Shown here one piece after another: positions 36,196-46,371 of a stretch of 64,000 nucleotides of DNA. A program made the translations under genes and the position numbers. The DNA is from a virus (lineage: Duplodnaviria; Caudoviricetes). The notes below the pieces were generated by a model that saw only the letters and a list, made by a program, of their open reading frames with translations, searched no databases and was not told the DNA's origin. Every line of letters starts with the position of its first letter. The first letter of the stretch is position 1. The stretch is from positions 1 to 64,000 of IMG/VR virus record IMGVR_UViG_3300031992_004562. One strand, 5' to 3'.

Positions 36196-36429
36196 TTAAT
36201 AATTTATTATATTATACCGGTGTCGCCAAGCCGATCTTATAGGATGCAGTCTTTTAAGTGATTCTATATATTGTTGTGCATCTTCAATAGAGTCAAATCT
36301 TATGGCATCATTTATATCATCACTATATGGACATAAACTATTATGACCATCATAATAATTAATTTTAAATAGGTCATATGGAGAATAATCGCCTAAAATA
36401 CAATGTTCTATTATATAATACGTTTTCAT
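36196..36429 (-). CDS. hypothetical protein
   Basis: 77-aa ORF. Confidence 0.6.
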   Translation of the reverse strand: MKTYYIIEHCILGDYSPYDLFKINYYDGHNSLCPYSDDINDAIRFDSIEDAQQYIESLKRLHPIRSAWRHRYNIINY

Positions 36430-36652
36430 TGTTTATCTAATTCTTCCATAATTATTAATGTTGTTCATATGGCCATATTGGGCATAATTGATTATAACCT
36501 CTAAGATTAGATCCTCGCTCTACTCCACTAACAAATGGACTCATTGGAGGATATTCATTTTTTATCCTCTCATATTCTTTGCGACGTTCATCTAAAAGCT
36601 CAAACATTTTTCCATCTGATATCATAGTCTTTATAAAATTTTTAATTGTTTA

Positions 36653-37138
36653 TTAGCTCCAATCATCATCTGTTGCAAATCTTAAACCCTCACCAGTAGT
36701 ATATTCCATTTTGCCAATAGGAATTCTATGAGGATATTTTTCTTGATTATTATCATAATCTTCACCATTGATAGCAGTTTCTGAATTATGATAAAGACAA
36801 TATCCAATTTCTTCATTAAAGAATTGGTCTACTGTAAATACCTTTCCTTCCTCATCAACAATTTCAACATCACTTCTAGACAAATAATCTCTAATAGATT
36901 TATAGTTATCTTCCCAAGGTGATATAATTTGTCCAGTATTCCAGAAACCTTCTCTTGTTTTAATATGAGGAACAAATTGGAATTGCCAACCAGAACTACG
37001 CTTACCAATATGGTATTGATGTTCTGCCTCATCAATTAATTTACGAAGTCTTTTAAGATCTTTATTCTCTAAAGCTTCTCTCATTTTTGCATATTCTAAT
37101 TTAGAAGGAATATGTCTTGCATAAAAATTCATTCCCAT
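36653..37138 (-). CDS. conserved phage hypothetical protein
   Basis: MGMNFY...HIGKRSSGWQFQF...IVDEEG, a common phage family pattern. Confidence 0.75.
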   Translation of the reverse strand: MGMNFYARHIPSKLEYAKMREALENKDLKRLRKLIDEAEHQYHIGKRSSGWQFQFVPHIKTREGFWNTGQIISPWEDNYKSIRDYLSRSDVEIVDEEGKVFTVDQFFNEEIGYCLYHNSETAINGEDYDNNQEKYPHRIPIGKMEYTTGEGLRFATDDDWS

Positions 37139-37139
37139 A

Positions 37140-37538
37140 TTATAATATTGTTATATCTTTTTTAATTTCCAAATTTTTAAATATATGTTGCAATTCATGA
37201 ACATATATCATTCCATTAAATGCTAAATTTAATATTATTTCATTATCATGATCAACCTTAATCTTATTGGTGTTTAGATCTACTTTTACACAATAACCAT
37301 AGATATTAAACCATTTGTACACATTATCTTTTCTAAGACTCATATCAATGTATGTATCATGAAAACCATTTTTTTCAAGAATATCATTTGTAAGAGGAAC
37401 TGGTTTAAGATCATAAGTCATTGCACTATGAAGTTTATTAGATAATGTACATCCATTATCATCTGTCAAACTCCGGATTTTATTAAGGTTATCATCAAAT
37501 AAAACCCAATCACCTATCATTAAATCTTCTGCAAACAT
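37140..37538 (-). CDS. Bacteroidota phage hypothetical protein (YopX-like)
   Basis: DLMIGDWV...PVPLT.DILEKNGF...YVHELQH. Confidence 0.7.
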   Translation of the reverse strand: MFAEDLMIGDWVLFDDNLNKIRSLTDDNGCTLSNKLHSAMTYDLKPVPLTNDILEKNGFHDTYIDMSLRKDNVYKWFNIYGYCVKVDLNTNKIKVDHDNEIILNLAFNGMIYVHELQHIFKNLEIKKDITIL

Positions 37539-37692
37539 AATCTTAACATATTATAGGAAATACTCCATGAACATAAAATTGTAAATATTTCTTATCGCCA
37601 TTTGGCCTATCAATCAAATCCAAAAGCTTTTGATACATTTCATCATATGAACCTTTATACCATACTGGTGCAATACTCAAAGGTGGAATAAA

Positions 37693-37950
37693 TCAAATCT
37701 TATTTTCACGTGGTAAAAGTTCAAGTCCAAAGATCTTTGTATCCATTGGATTCATATCTTTATCTTTTTGAGTTTTTTCTCTCCAAACTATATCTTCATT
37801 CCAACGCATTCTCCAATAATGAATAGAACGAAGCCAATGTGATAAAACATCATAAGGATCATCAAATCCTAATTCTTTAATTTCTTTTCTGAATTTAGCT
37901 TGAAGATCCATTTCAAGTTTTTCATGTTCTGCTAAATTATTCCAATTCAT
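37693..37950 (-). CDS. hypothetical protein
   Basis: 85-aa ORF. Confidence 0.6.
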   Translation of the reverse strand: MNWNNLAEHEKLEMDLQAKFRKEIKELGFDDPYDVLSHWLRSIHYWRMRWNEDIVWREKTQKDKDMNPMDTKIFGLELLPRENKI

Positions 37951-37955
37951 AATTA

Positions 37956-38546
37956 TTATTTTTTAAATCTCATAAAATATTCTGTTGTTAATGAATCAAT
38001 ATTATTATGGAAATTCTCCATATCTTTATATCGAAGCATTCTTCTAAATGTAAGTTCTCTATTAATTCTTGATGGGAATTCAATTCTTTCGCCATTTAGC
38101 ATTTTTATACAAAGCTTAACTTCTCTTATAGTCAATCCTTCATACTCATCAACCTGAACAAAATTAAATAATTGCTCATCTGAATATTCATTTTCATCAT
38201 CAAGAATTACATATTGATCTATTTCATTTTCATGCTTATCAATCCATCTTTGAATTTCTTCCCCTCTGTCATTTCCCATAGTATCAGTTACATCATAAAT
38301 AGAATTAACAAATATTGGGCAATCTGATACTATATCTTTTGATTTATGAAAATTAAATAGTTTATTTACAAACTCATCTTTATTTCGTGTTCCAACTCTC
38401 CATGAAGATGTCACAACAATTTTTGCACCAGTAGCAGATAATATTTCTTCTAATAGTGCAACTTTTTCTATGTCTAATTTCATTCCCTTTTCATGTGTAG
38501 AAATGACACCATCAAAATCAAGAAATATGATTTTTAATTTATTCAT
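37956..38546 (-). CDS. HAD-family phosphatase (Swiss-army-knife RNA-repair-like HAD)
   Basis: IIFLDFDGV, KIVVTSSWR, RGEEI..W and YVILDD motifs. Confidence 0.85.
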   Translation of the reverse strand: MNKLKIIFLDFDGVISTHEKGMKLDIEKVALLEEILSATGAKIVVTSSWRVGTRNKDEFVNKLFNFHKSKDIVSDCPIFVNSIYDVTDTMGNDRGEEIQRWIDKHENEIDQYVILDDENEYSDEQLFNFVQVDEYEGLTIREVKLCIKMLNGERIEFPSRINRELTFRRMLRYKDMENFHNNIDSLTTEYFMRFKK

Positions 38547-39113
38547 TTAAAGCATTCTGCAAAGTTGTTCACCATTATATTCAAATAATCCATGTGGATA
38601 TTCAACTAGGTCTCCATTTTCATTAATTTCTATCTTTTCACCCCGGAAAATAAGATAGCAGCCTTTAAGATTCTTTTCTTTAATTTCTGCTCTAACCCAA
38701 TTAAACTCCAAATCAGAATTTGTTCTAATAATAAGATTATTCTCATTATCATATATTTCTACATATTCATTTACAGGACAATTAATTTTATCTATTATAG
38801 ATGAATATTTTGGCCATTGTTTAGGTTCAGACAAAGAACACATACATATTTCTGCCGTTATATGCGTATTTATATCAAATAATCCATTGGGCCAACCATT
38901 AATTCTGCCACATGAATCTATAGTATACTTTTTATTATTATATATAAGGTAACACCCTTCAATTTTATGTTTTGCAATTTGTAACCTAATATAATCAAAT
39001 TCTATATCATGTGAAGTACTACATATTTTAATATCATCTCTGTCATATATAGTTACAACAGGATTTTTTGGACATTTACTCATATCCAATATTGATCTAA
39101 GTAATTTACTCAT
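38547..39113 (-). CDS. tandem-duplicated DUF3696-like domain protein
   Basis: Two units of about 94 aa: CP.N..V.IYD...D.EF..IR..I....GCYLI....I...G....WP/YP.GLF. Confidence 0.6.
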   Translation of the reverse strand: MSKLLRSILDMSKCPKNPVVTIYDRDDIKICSTSHDIEFDYIRLQIAKHKIEGCYLIYNNKKYTIDSCGRINGWPNGLFDINTHITAEICMCSLSEPKQWPKYSSIIDKINCPVNEYVEIYDNENNLIIRTNSDLEFNWVRAEIKEKNLKGCYLIFRGEKIEINENGDLVEYPHGLFEYNGEQLCRML

Positions 39114-39183
39114 ATGCTTTTATATATAAAATTTCAATTATTTTATTTAAAAATAAACAAAAGTTTCAAAAAATAAGAGAGAT

Positions 39184-39843
39184 TTAAGATTGTTTTTGTT
39201 TTTGTAATCGTCTTAAATCTCTCTTTTTGCATTTATATAGTCCATATCCTCCAGTTAATAATAGTAATAAATGTGGTGGAATATCTCCTATTGGGTCTAA
39301 GAATGGATCATTTGGATCTGGTGGTCCTCCTTTAGTAGTAGTCCATTCGTTAGCATTATTATATTTTCCAAATGTCATATCGCTTCTCCAACATTCTCGC
39401 CAATCAGTCAAACCAAAAAACCAACCTCTCCATTGAAGCCATCTTCCATCACCTTGGTTAACCCACCAGTCATTACCATCATATCTATAATTCCAATCTG
39501 GATTATCATTATCACCGCCTGGCGTATATGCAGTATCATTTCCATTATAAACAGGAATGCGTCTTAATCCGGGTTTACCCGCAGAATTTGCAGGTGTATA
39601 TGTTCCGCCATATTGACTATAACCACCATAACTAGATGTATAACCAATATTTGAATTTGTACACATAATTTTGCTAGCAGTATTAAATCTATCACCATTA
39701 CTATATGTGTTTATTCCACTTGCATATTCTACACGTGTATACCTATTATTAATATTAGAATATGCTGTGCTATATAAAGCATGACATTCTAAAATATTAA
39801 ATAATGCCAAAAATATGTTTAATATTATAAATTTTTTCATCAT
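39184..39843 (-). CDS. secreted protein with PIGD-type C-terminal sorting signal
   Basis: Signal peptide; GKPGLRR; DPNDPFLDPIGDIPPHLLLLLTGGYGLYKCKKR; paralog of 31455..31799. Confidence 0.8.
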   Translation of the reverse strand: MMKKFIILNIFLALFNILECHALYSTAYSNINNRYTRVEYASGINTYSNGDRFNTASKIMCTNSNIGYTSSYGGYSQYGGTYTPANSAGKPGLRRIPVYNGNDTAYTPGGDNDNPDWNYRYDGNDWWVNQGDGRWLQWRGWFFGLTDWRECWRSDMTFGKYNNANEWTTTKGGPPDPNDPFLDPIGDIPPHLLLLLTGGYGLYKCKKRDLRRLQKQKQS

Positions 39844-40044
39844 ACATTACAAAATATTAAAACCACTATGTGCTAGTAGTTCATAATTACAAAATTTTTA
39901 TTATTTATTAAAAAATATTTTATAACAAAATAACAAAAAGTTTATTTTTCTGTAAAATGAAACAAAATGGAAATTTATTTTATAATATATGTTAGGTGAC
40001 CGAAAGCCTAATTATGTTTAACAAAATTAAAAAGAATTAAGAAA

Positions 40045-40548
40045 ATGGCAAAAAGTAAATTTACAAATCTTCCTGCATCGGAGCAGGATAAGTCGAACAC
40101 AGTTCGTTTTTATGATGACGCAAAGAGTGGTGTAACGGTATGTTCTTTGTATGACCGTTGGAATGATCGTACATTTGTAGCTCGGACACGAGTTCATGAT
40201 GTAGACCAATATGATCAGCAAACTGGCCGTGCAATTGCATTTAATAAGGCTCGCCGTAAGGAGTTGCTTAATGATATTGCAGAGCTTCAACGTGAACGTG
40301 AACTTATTACTCGTCGTTATGAGGCAATTATGAATCGCATTGATAAGAATGAGGGCCTTAAGCATATTTACCTTGCAGGTGTAAATGATGAGCTTAATGA
40401 GCTTATGGGTTATACTGATGCAGATGAGGATTGCAATGTATGTGATTTTGCTTCAGATGCTGATGAGCCCGTGGAGGCATAGGTTGTAGAAGAACCAAAA
40501 GAAGATGTATCTAAAATTAAATTGACACAATTTGCAAAAATTAAATAA
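40045..40548 (+). CDS. Gp49/Acb4-like domain plus coiled coil
   Basis: VTVCSL...FVARTRVHDVDQYDQQTGRAIAFNKA; strongly biased codons; TAG at 40480 reads through to TAA 40546-40548, abutting the next ATG. Confidence 0.6.
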
Positions 40549-40549
40549 T

Positions 40550-41014
40550 ATGGGAAATTTTGTCGAAGTTAATAAAGTGCTTGGAGAAAGTGTAGTTAAT
40601 ACATCTCATCTCCAATGTAGAGAAATGAGATTAAGACCAAGAGATTGGAATTATCAATCTGTTCGCAAAATGTTCTGTGACAATTTGAAGGCAAAAGGAT
40701 ATGATAAAATCATTAATGATGGAAGTTATATTATTGCGTCAAACGATAATGAGAAAGTCACATTCTATTTTGCGGCACACAGTCCTCAAAATAAAAACTA
40801 TTGTGTTTCAACAGTGTTGAAATATAAAGTTGATTATTTTGCTTTTTATAATAATAAAACAGATGTTGTATACACTGTTGGATATGGAATCGTAAGAAAG
40901 TATTGTAAATCTCTTAAAGATGCATACACATTCTATGATTATCGAAAACCTAAACTATTCATACCTGATAGTTGGGCACTCCAACAAAAGATTAATACAA
41001 TGTTGCTTTATTAA
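40550..41014 (+). CDS. hypothetical protein
   Basis: ATG 40550, 154 aa; terminator aaggactct-aaattt-agagtcctt. Confidence 0.7.
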   Translation: MGNFVEVNKVLGESVVNTSHLQCREMRLRPRDWNYQSVRKMFCDNLKAKGYDKIINDGSYIIASNDNEKVTFYFAAHSPQNKNYCVSTVLKYKVDYFAFYNNKTDVVYTVGYGIVRKYCKSLKDAYTFYDYRKPKLFIPDSWALQQKINTMLLY

Positions 41015-41047
41015 AAATTAAAGGACTCTAAATTTAGAGTCCTTTTT

Positions 41048-41989
41048 TCATTCTATATAAATTGGTCTTATTTTACCAGTTACTGCTGGAATTGATTCAT
41101 TATTCCAAACAATATATGAATTACATTTAACATTAAAAATAGAAGACATTTTTATTTTTGCTAAATATAAATATATTTTATCTTTAAGTTGATTGTTCTT
41201 AGGATTTTCTCTATAAAGTTCAGATGTCTAATATAAAGCAAGGTCTTCATATGGGAACCATATAAAATTAAGTGGGTCTTTTTTAGAAACTAATAAATAA
41301 CCAAGATCTGGCATATATTCATCAAGTTTAAGATGATATTGTTTTGTATCTGTGAATAATTCAAGAAATTGAAACATTGTTGGCGTTCTATAATGTTTAT
41401 CAACATTATATGCTGCATCATCTTCTAATTCTAGTTTAAAACTATTCTTAGATTTATCTTTAAACTATTTAATATAGGTGTTTTTGAGCTTTTCTGTTTT
41501 ATCCCCTCCAGCATCTGTTCTATTAGGCATAGTATCACCCCAAACATAATATGAACCATTTTCTGCATTAAATTGAATTCTATTAATAGTAAATACATAA
41601 TCCATCTTTTCAAGATTTTCAGTGCACCATAAAGTGCCAGATGGCAAATTAAGATCAACGTATTCTCTATAAAAAACATTTTTTAATTTTAGATAATCCA
41701 TTAATATATCAACTTCAACTTTAGATAATGGAAATCTTTCTAATAGGTTCTCTTTAAATAATTTTAGATTATCTTTATATATAATTAATGAATAATAAAA
41801 TTCTAATATAGCATCTTCGTGAAGAATTTTTGGAAAAATAATATGTTTGCAGAATTGAAGTTTTTCTTCTTCTCCTGTATCAATTATATCTTGTTTTTGA
41901 TTATCCTATTCATCATTAAAATCAAAATCATCTAATGCTAAACTAACACCTTTTCCTATTGAATCTATTATGTTTTTTGTTGATTTCAT
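41048..41989 (-). CDS. CLec-fold (VDLNLPSGTLWC) protein with shared leader (TAG-recoded, 313 aa)
   Basis: MKSTKNIIDSIGKGVSLALDDF...YVDLNLPSGTLWC...YVWGD...GKIRPI. Confidence 0.8.
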
Positions 41990-42069
41990 TAAAAATATTT
42001 AATATTTTTATATTTATCACTTATACATATATAAAATAAATAATAAAAAATAAAAATGCTTTAAGATAT

Positions 42070-43806
42070 ATGGCAAAAAAATTTGTAATTAGCTACAGTT
42101 TAGATAAAATATTTTTATCATATAATTTATCTGAGAGAACAGCAGTTCTAAAAGAATCTGAATCATATGATGAAAATTCAATAATTTATATTCATGATAA
42201 TGAATATGGAAACTGGATTTATGTTAAAGGACATTTATATGGAGTTGATTATGAGTTAAATAATAACTTAAGTTAGCTTGAGGAATTTATATGTGATCAT
42301 CATGAAACGCTATCTAAACAAGATGATAAGATAAGATATATTGAGGATTATACAAAGCTTAATGTTGAAGATCTTAGCACAAAAATTAGCACAGTTGAAT
42401 TTGATACTTAGATTCATCATCAAACAACATTTAATATATCAATTAATGAAAAGTATGATCATACATATTCATATGAAGTTACAAATAACTATGATTAGTA
42501 TTTATTAGAATATAATAGGTAGTTATCCAGATTGTTCAATCTTAAATTAATATCACTTGAAGAATTTTTTTATAAAATGCAATATTCAATAACGCCAGTT
42601 GTCAATTTAAATATTTTTCCATATGATTCATCAAGTATTCATGTAGATTGTGTGGCACTATTAATTAATTACATTTTTGATACTTCTGGCCAAGTTGGAA
42701 ACAGTTTCGGTCAAAAACTGCATATATTTGTGTAGGATGGAAAATATATAGTTTTTACACGAAAATTTGATAGTAATAATTTAGTATTTGAAGATTGGCA
42801 ACTTATTTCATATGGTTCAGGTGGAAATGTTGATCCAGAAATTATAGATAATATAAATTCATCTATTAATGAAATTAAAACCACATTTGAACAAACTGCA
42901 CAATATGTTGTTAATGAATTTAATAATGTTAACTCATCAATAAATGATATTAACACAAAATTAAATAATCTCAATCTTAAGTATTATGCTGGATAGAATA
43001 TTTCAATAAATGATAATAATGAAATATCTGCATTAGGATATATTTATGATAATGAGAAAAAATGTTTTATTGAAGGCCCTGGGTATTATATTGAATGGCT
43101 GGATGCTAGCAATGCATTAGATGTTGATATGAGAGTTGATATATCTGGATCTGCTGCTGCAACAACTTATACATATACTGGTGATAGTGAAAAAATTCAA
43201 AATTTTGAGAATAATATTAAGCATGTACAACCATATTATGACATATATTTAAAAATTTCAAACAATAGAATTGCACAATATGTTTCTAACAGTTTAGATG
43301 TTGAAAATAAAACATTTAATGTTGTACGATCATTTGATAATAATCAAGATATACATAAAGAGGATTTAGTATAGGTTGGTGGCAAATAGTCAATAAATAT
43401 TGACAATGTAAGTATAGGCACACATATTGAAGACACATTTAATACTGCACATGGTGAATATTCTCATGTAGAAGGCGTATTAAATGGTGCTATTGGATAT
43501 GCTTCACATGCTGAAGGATATGGCACAACTACAAATAATGAATCTGAACACGCTGAAGGAATTTCTAATGTGTCTCACAAAGCATCTGATACATATGGAG
43601 ATGCAGGTAACACTCAACATTCTATAGGCATAGATGGAAAAAATGCAATAGAAGTAATGCAGAATGGTGATATGTATTTGATTGGTGTTGGTGGATATCA
43701 AGGAACTGATACTAAAGCACAAGATCCAACAATTAAAACTCTCCAAGAATACATTGCATCCCTTGAAGAACGTATTGCAATATTTGAAGGAAATACAATT
43801 AAGTAA
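42070..43806 (+). CDS. tail fibre-like protein (TAG-recoded, 578 aa)
   Basis: Four fragments in one frame; AGQNISINDNNEIS, SHVEG/SHAEG/EHAEG beta-roll repeats and HSIGI..KNAIEVMQNGDMYLIGVGGY, typical of Bacteroidota phage fibres. Confidence 0.8.
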
Positions 43807-43826
43807 AAATTTTAATAAAATATTTT

Positions 43827-46166
43827 ATGAACAATATAATTAAATATGATAAAAATAATTTGCCAAAATTTCAATATTTAAAAGAAAAAAACAATCTTGA
43901 AATTATTGGCAATGTTATATCACAAAATTTATATGACAAAGTTTCAACAGTTGGTGAAATATATGCATTAGATTTTACTGGATATTTACCACCTGAAATT
44001 AAACCATTTGCAATAGATCCAGACACTGAAGAAACTTTAGACAATACAGCTTCAATAGAAGTTTTGTAGGAAATTAGCCAAATATTTTTATTGTTGACAG
44101 TTGCTGGATCTTTATAGTTGGGAATATCAACACTTATTTCTATTCTTTTGGCTAAATCATTAAATGTCAATATTAATGTTGGTGGCAAAGTATCTTTAGA
44201 AAATTTTCATGAAGCATTAAAAAAACTTCCAGCAATTAACAGATTTACTGGTCATAAAATAGATTTAATATCTTTTGATCTTGATAATAATTATATATAT
44301 GCTTTAACAGATTGCGAAAAATATGTGAATAGATTCAAAATTATAAAATACTATATAGATAAAGAAACATTAATAAGTGAAGATAAAAATCTAGAAGCGC
44401 TATAGCATATATACAATCAAAAGAATTTATATAATAAAAATATATCACATGGTGGATATGACTTTAGTGCATACTGTGCTGGTGTATTGACATCATATGC
44501 AAAAATAAATGCTAATGATAACTATATAATTAAAATTGATGGGCATTCAAATGATTATGGAACATTTAGTAATGTGAAATCTGTTGCAATTTATCCAACA
44601 TTTGATACAAGTTTGAGTGAAACAACCATAAATGATATTGAATTATCAATGGCATATAATGGAACAGTTGAAGATAATAATACATATGTATATCAAATAG
44701 ATCGATTAACTATATATCCGGAACATATTGGAATATTAAAAAAACAAGAATTTATTGATAACAACGCATATATAAGAATTGGAGATGAACAATATGTAAG
44801 TATGGCAAGTTTGCCAATTATAATGCATAATGATAAAGAATATTTTGATATTTCTGAAATATTTCCAGATTTTGATTATGTTATTTCGCATTATAGTATT
44901 AGTATGAGAATTTCATTTAGTGAATCATTAAATATATATCAAGATGGATATGATGCCGGGCAAAGCGATTAGCAGGCAGGTTACGAATATGGTAATACAC
45001 CAAATCCATATAAAAACCCTGCTATAGATAAATGGAATGAAGGATATGATATAGGATATGATATATATGATACATGGTATGAAGGAAGAGAAAATAATCC
45101 ATACAATGCTGAAGATATGCCTAATCTGCATGATGCGTGGAACGAAGGATATAGTTCAGGATTTGCTGATGAAATAAGTAAATCAGATGAACATTATTAT
45201 AATCCATATGAATCAGAAACTGAAGAATATAATGCATGGGAAGAAGGATATACATATGGAAATTAGTATACAGATATTAAAAATCCATATGATGTAAACA
45301 CATCAGAATACACATGGTGGAATGAAGGCGCTAATACAGGATTTGGTGATGCATAGCGCGTTGAGCCAAAATGGTATTCACCGAATCCATATGACAATCC
45401 TGAAGAATATAGTGAAGAATATAAAGAATGGTAGGCTGGATATGATGATGGATATAATGGTTTTGAACCACAACCTATAACACCTGGCATTCCAGATGAT
45501 ACAACATTATGGTTTCATTTTGATTAGATAGGACGTTCATTAATAAGTTATACGGATCCTGAAAATATTCATGAAGGTACATATAATTATACAATTCCTC
45601 AAGATGCAAGCACTCAATTAACAATTCAATATTTAGATTATATAACACCAAATATTGGTATAACAGCAGGATGTTTAATTAAAGGCACTAAAATAACAAT
45701 GGCTGATGGGTCTTTAAAAAATATTGAAGATATTCAAATTGGTGATTATGTTCTTGGTTCTGATGAAAAACCACATAAAGTATTTTGGAATCAACCAATG
45801 AAGCATCAGTGTGATGATCATTATACATTATATAAATTGCCAGATGGAAAAGAACTTGGTGTTATTGCAGATGAACGAATCTTCTGGAATGGTAAATTCT
45901 AGTATATTTCATGCATTTCAGAGATCACTTCAGAAAGGATTAATGGAAACTATAAACCATATGAAATTTGGGTTTCTGAAGATGATTCATTTTATGCAAA
46001 TGGTATTTTATGTGGAAAAATTTATTCTAATATAAAATGCAAACCAATTCGTTGGATAATGCAACAAATGTATAGAATATTATTTTTGCATAAAAAAGAT
46101 TATAAGATGATGAATTGTATTCATGATTTTATTGGATAGAAAATACTAAAACACAAACCTAAATAA
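43827..46166 (+). CDS. virion-associated protein with NPY..W.EGY repeats and C-terminal Hint domain (TAG-recoded, 779 aa)
   Basis: GCLIKGTKITMADGSLKNIEDIQIGDYV...YEIWVSEDDSFYANGILC; five NPY repeats at about 45000-45460. Confidence 0.8.
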
Positions 46167-46371
46167 TTATGAGACAAGGAAAAAATTTAGAAGACTTTTT
46201 AATAAGTCATAAAGATCAATTAAACGCTATAATTAGACAATATCCATTTTATAGACAATTGGAAGATGCAATTAAAAAATATTATGAAGGAGGCAAATAA
46301 ACCTCCTTTTTAATTTATAAACAATTAGAAAGAGCAAATATATAATATATAACAAATAATGTGAATAGAAC

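Noticed and set aside
44930-45470. DNA tandem repeat or CRISPR-like array (aatccata...gaaggata)
   Set aside because: Repeats are degenerate at DNA level and conserved as peptide motifs within a CDS.
45672-46020. Protein-splicing intein
   Set aside because: Lacks the terminal His-Asn plus Cys/Ser/Thr and is not inserted in a conserved enzyme; a Hint autoprocessing domain instead.
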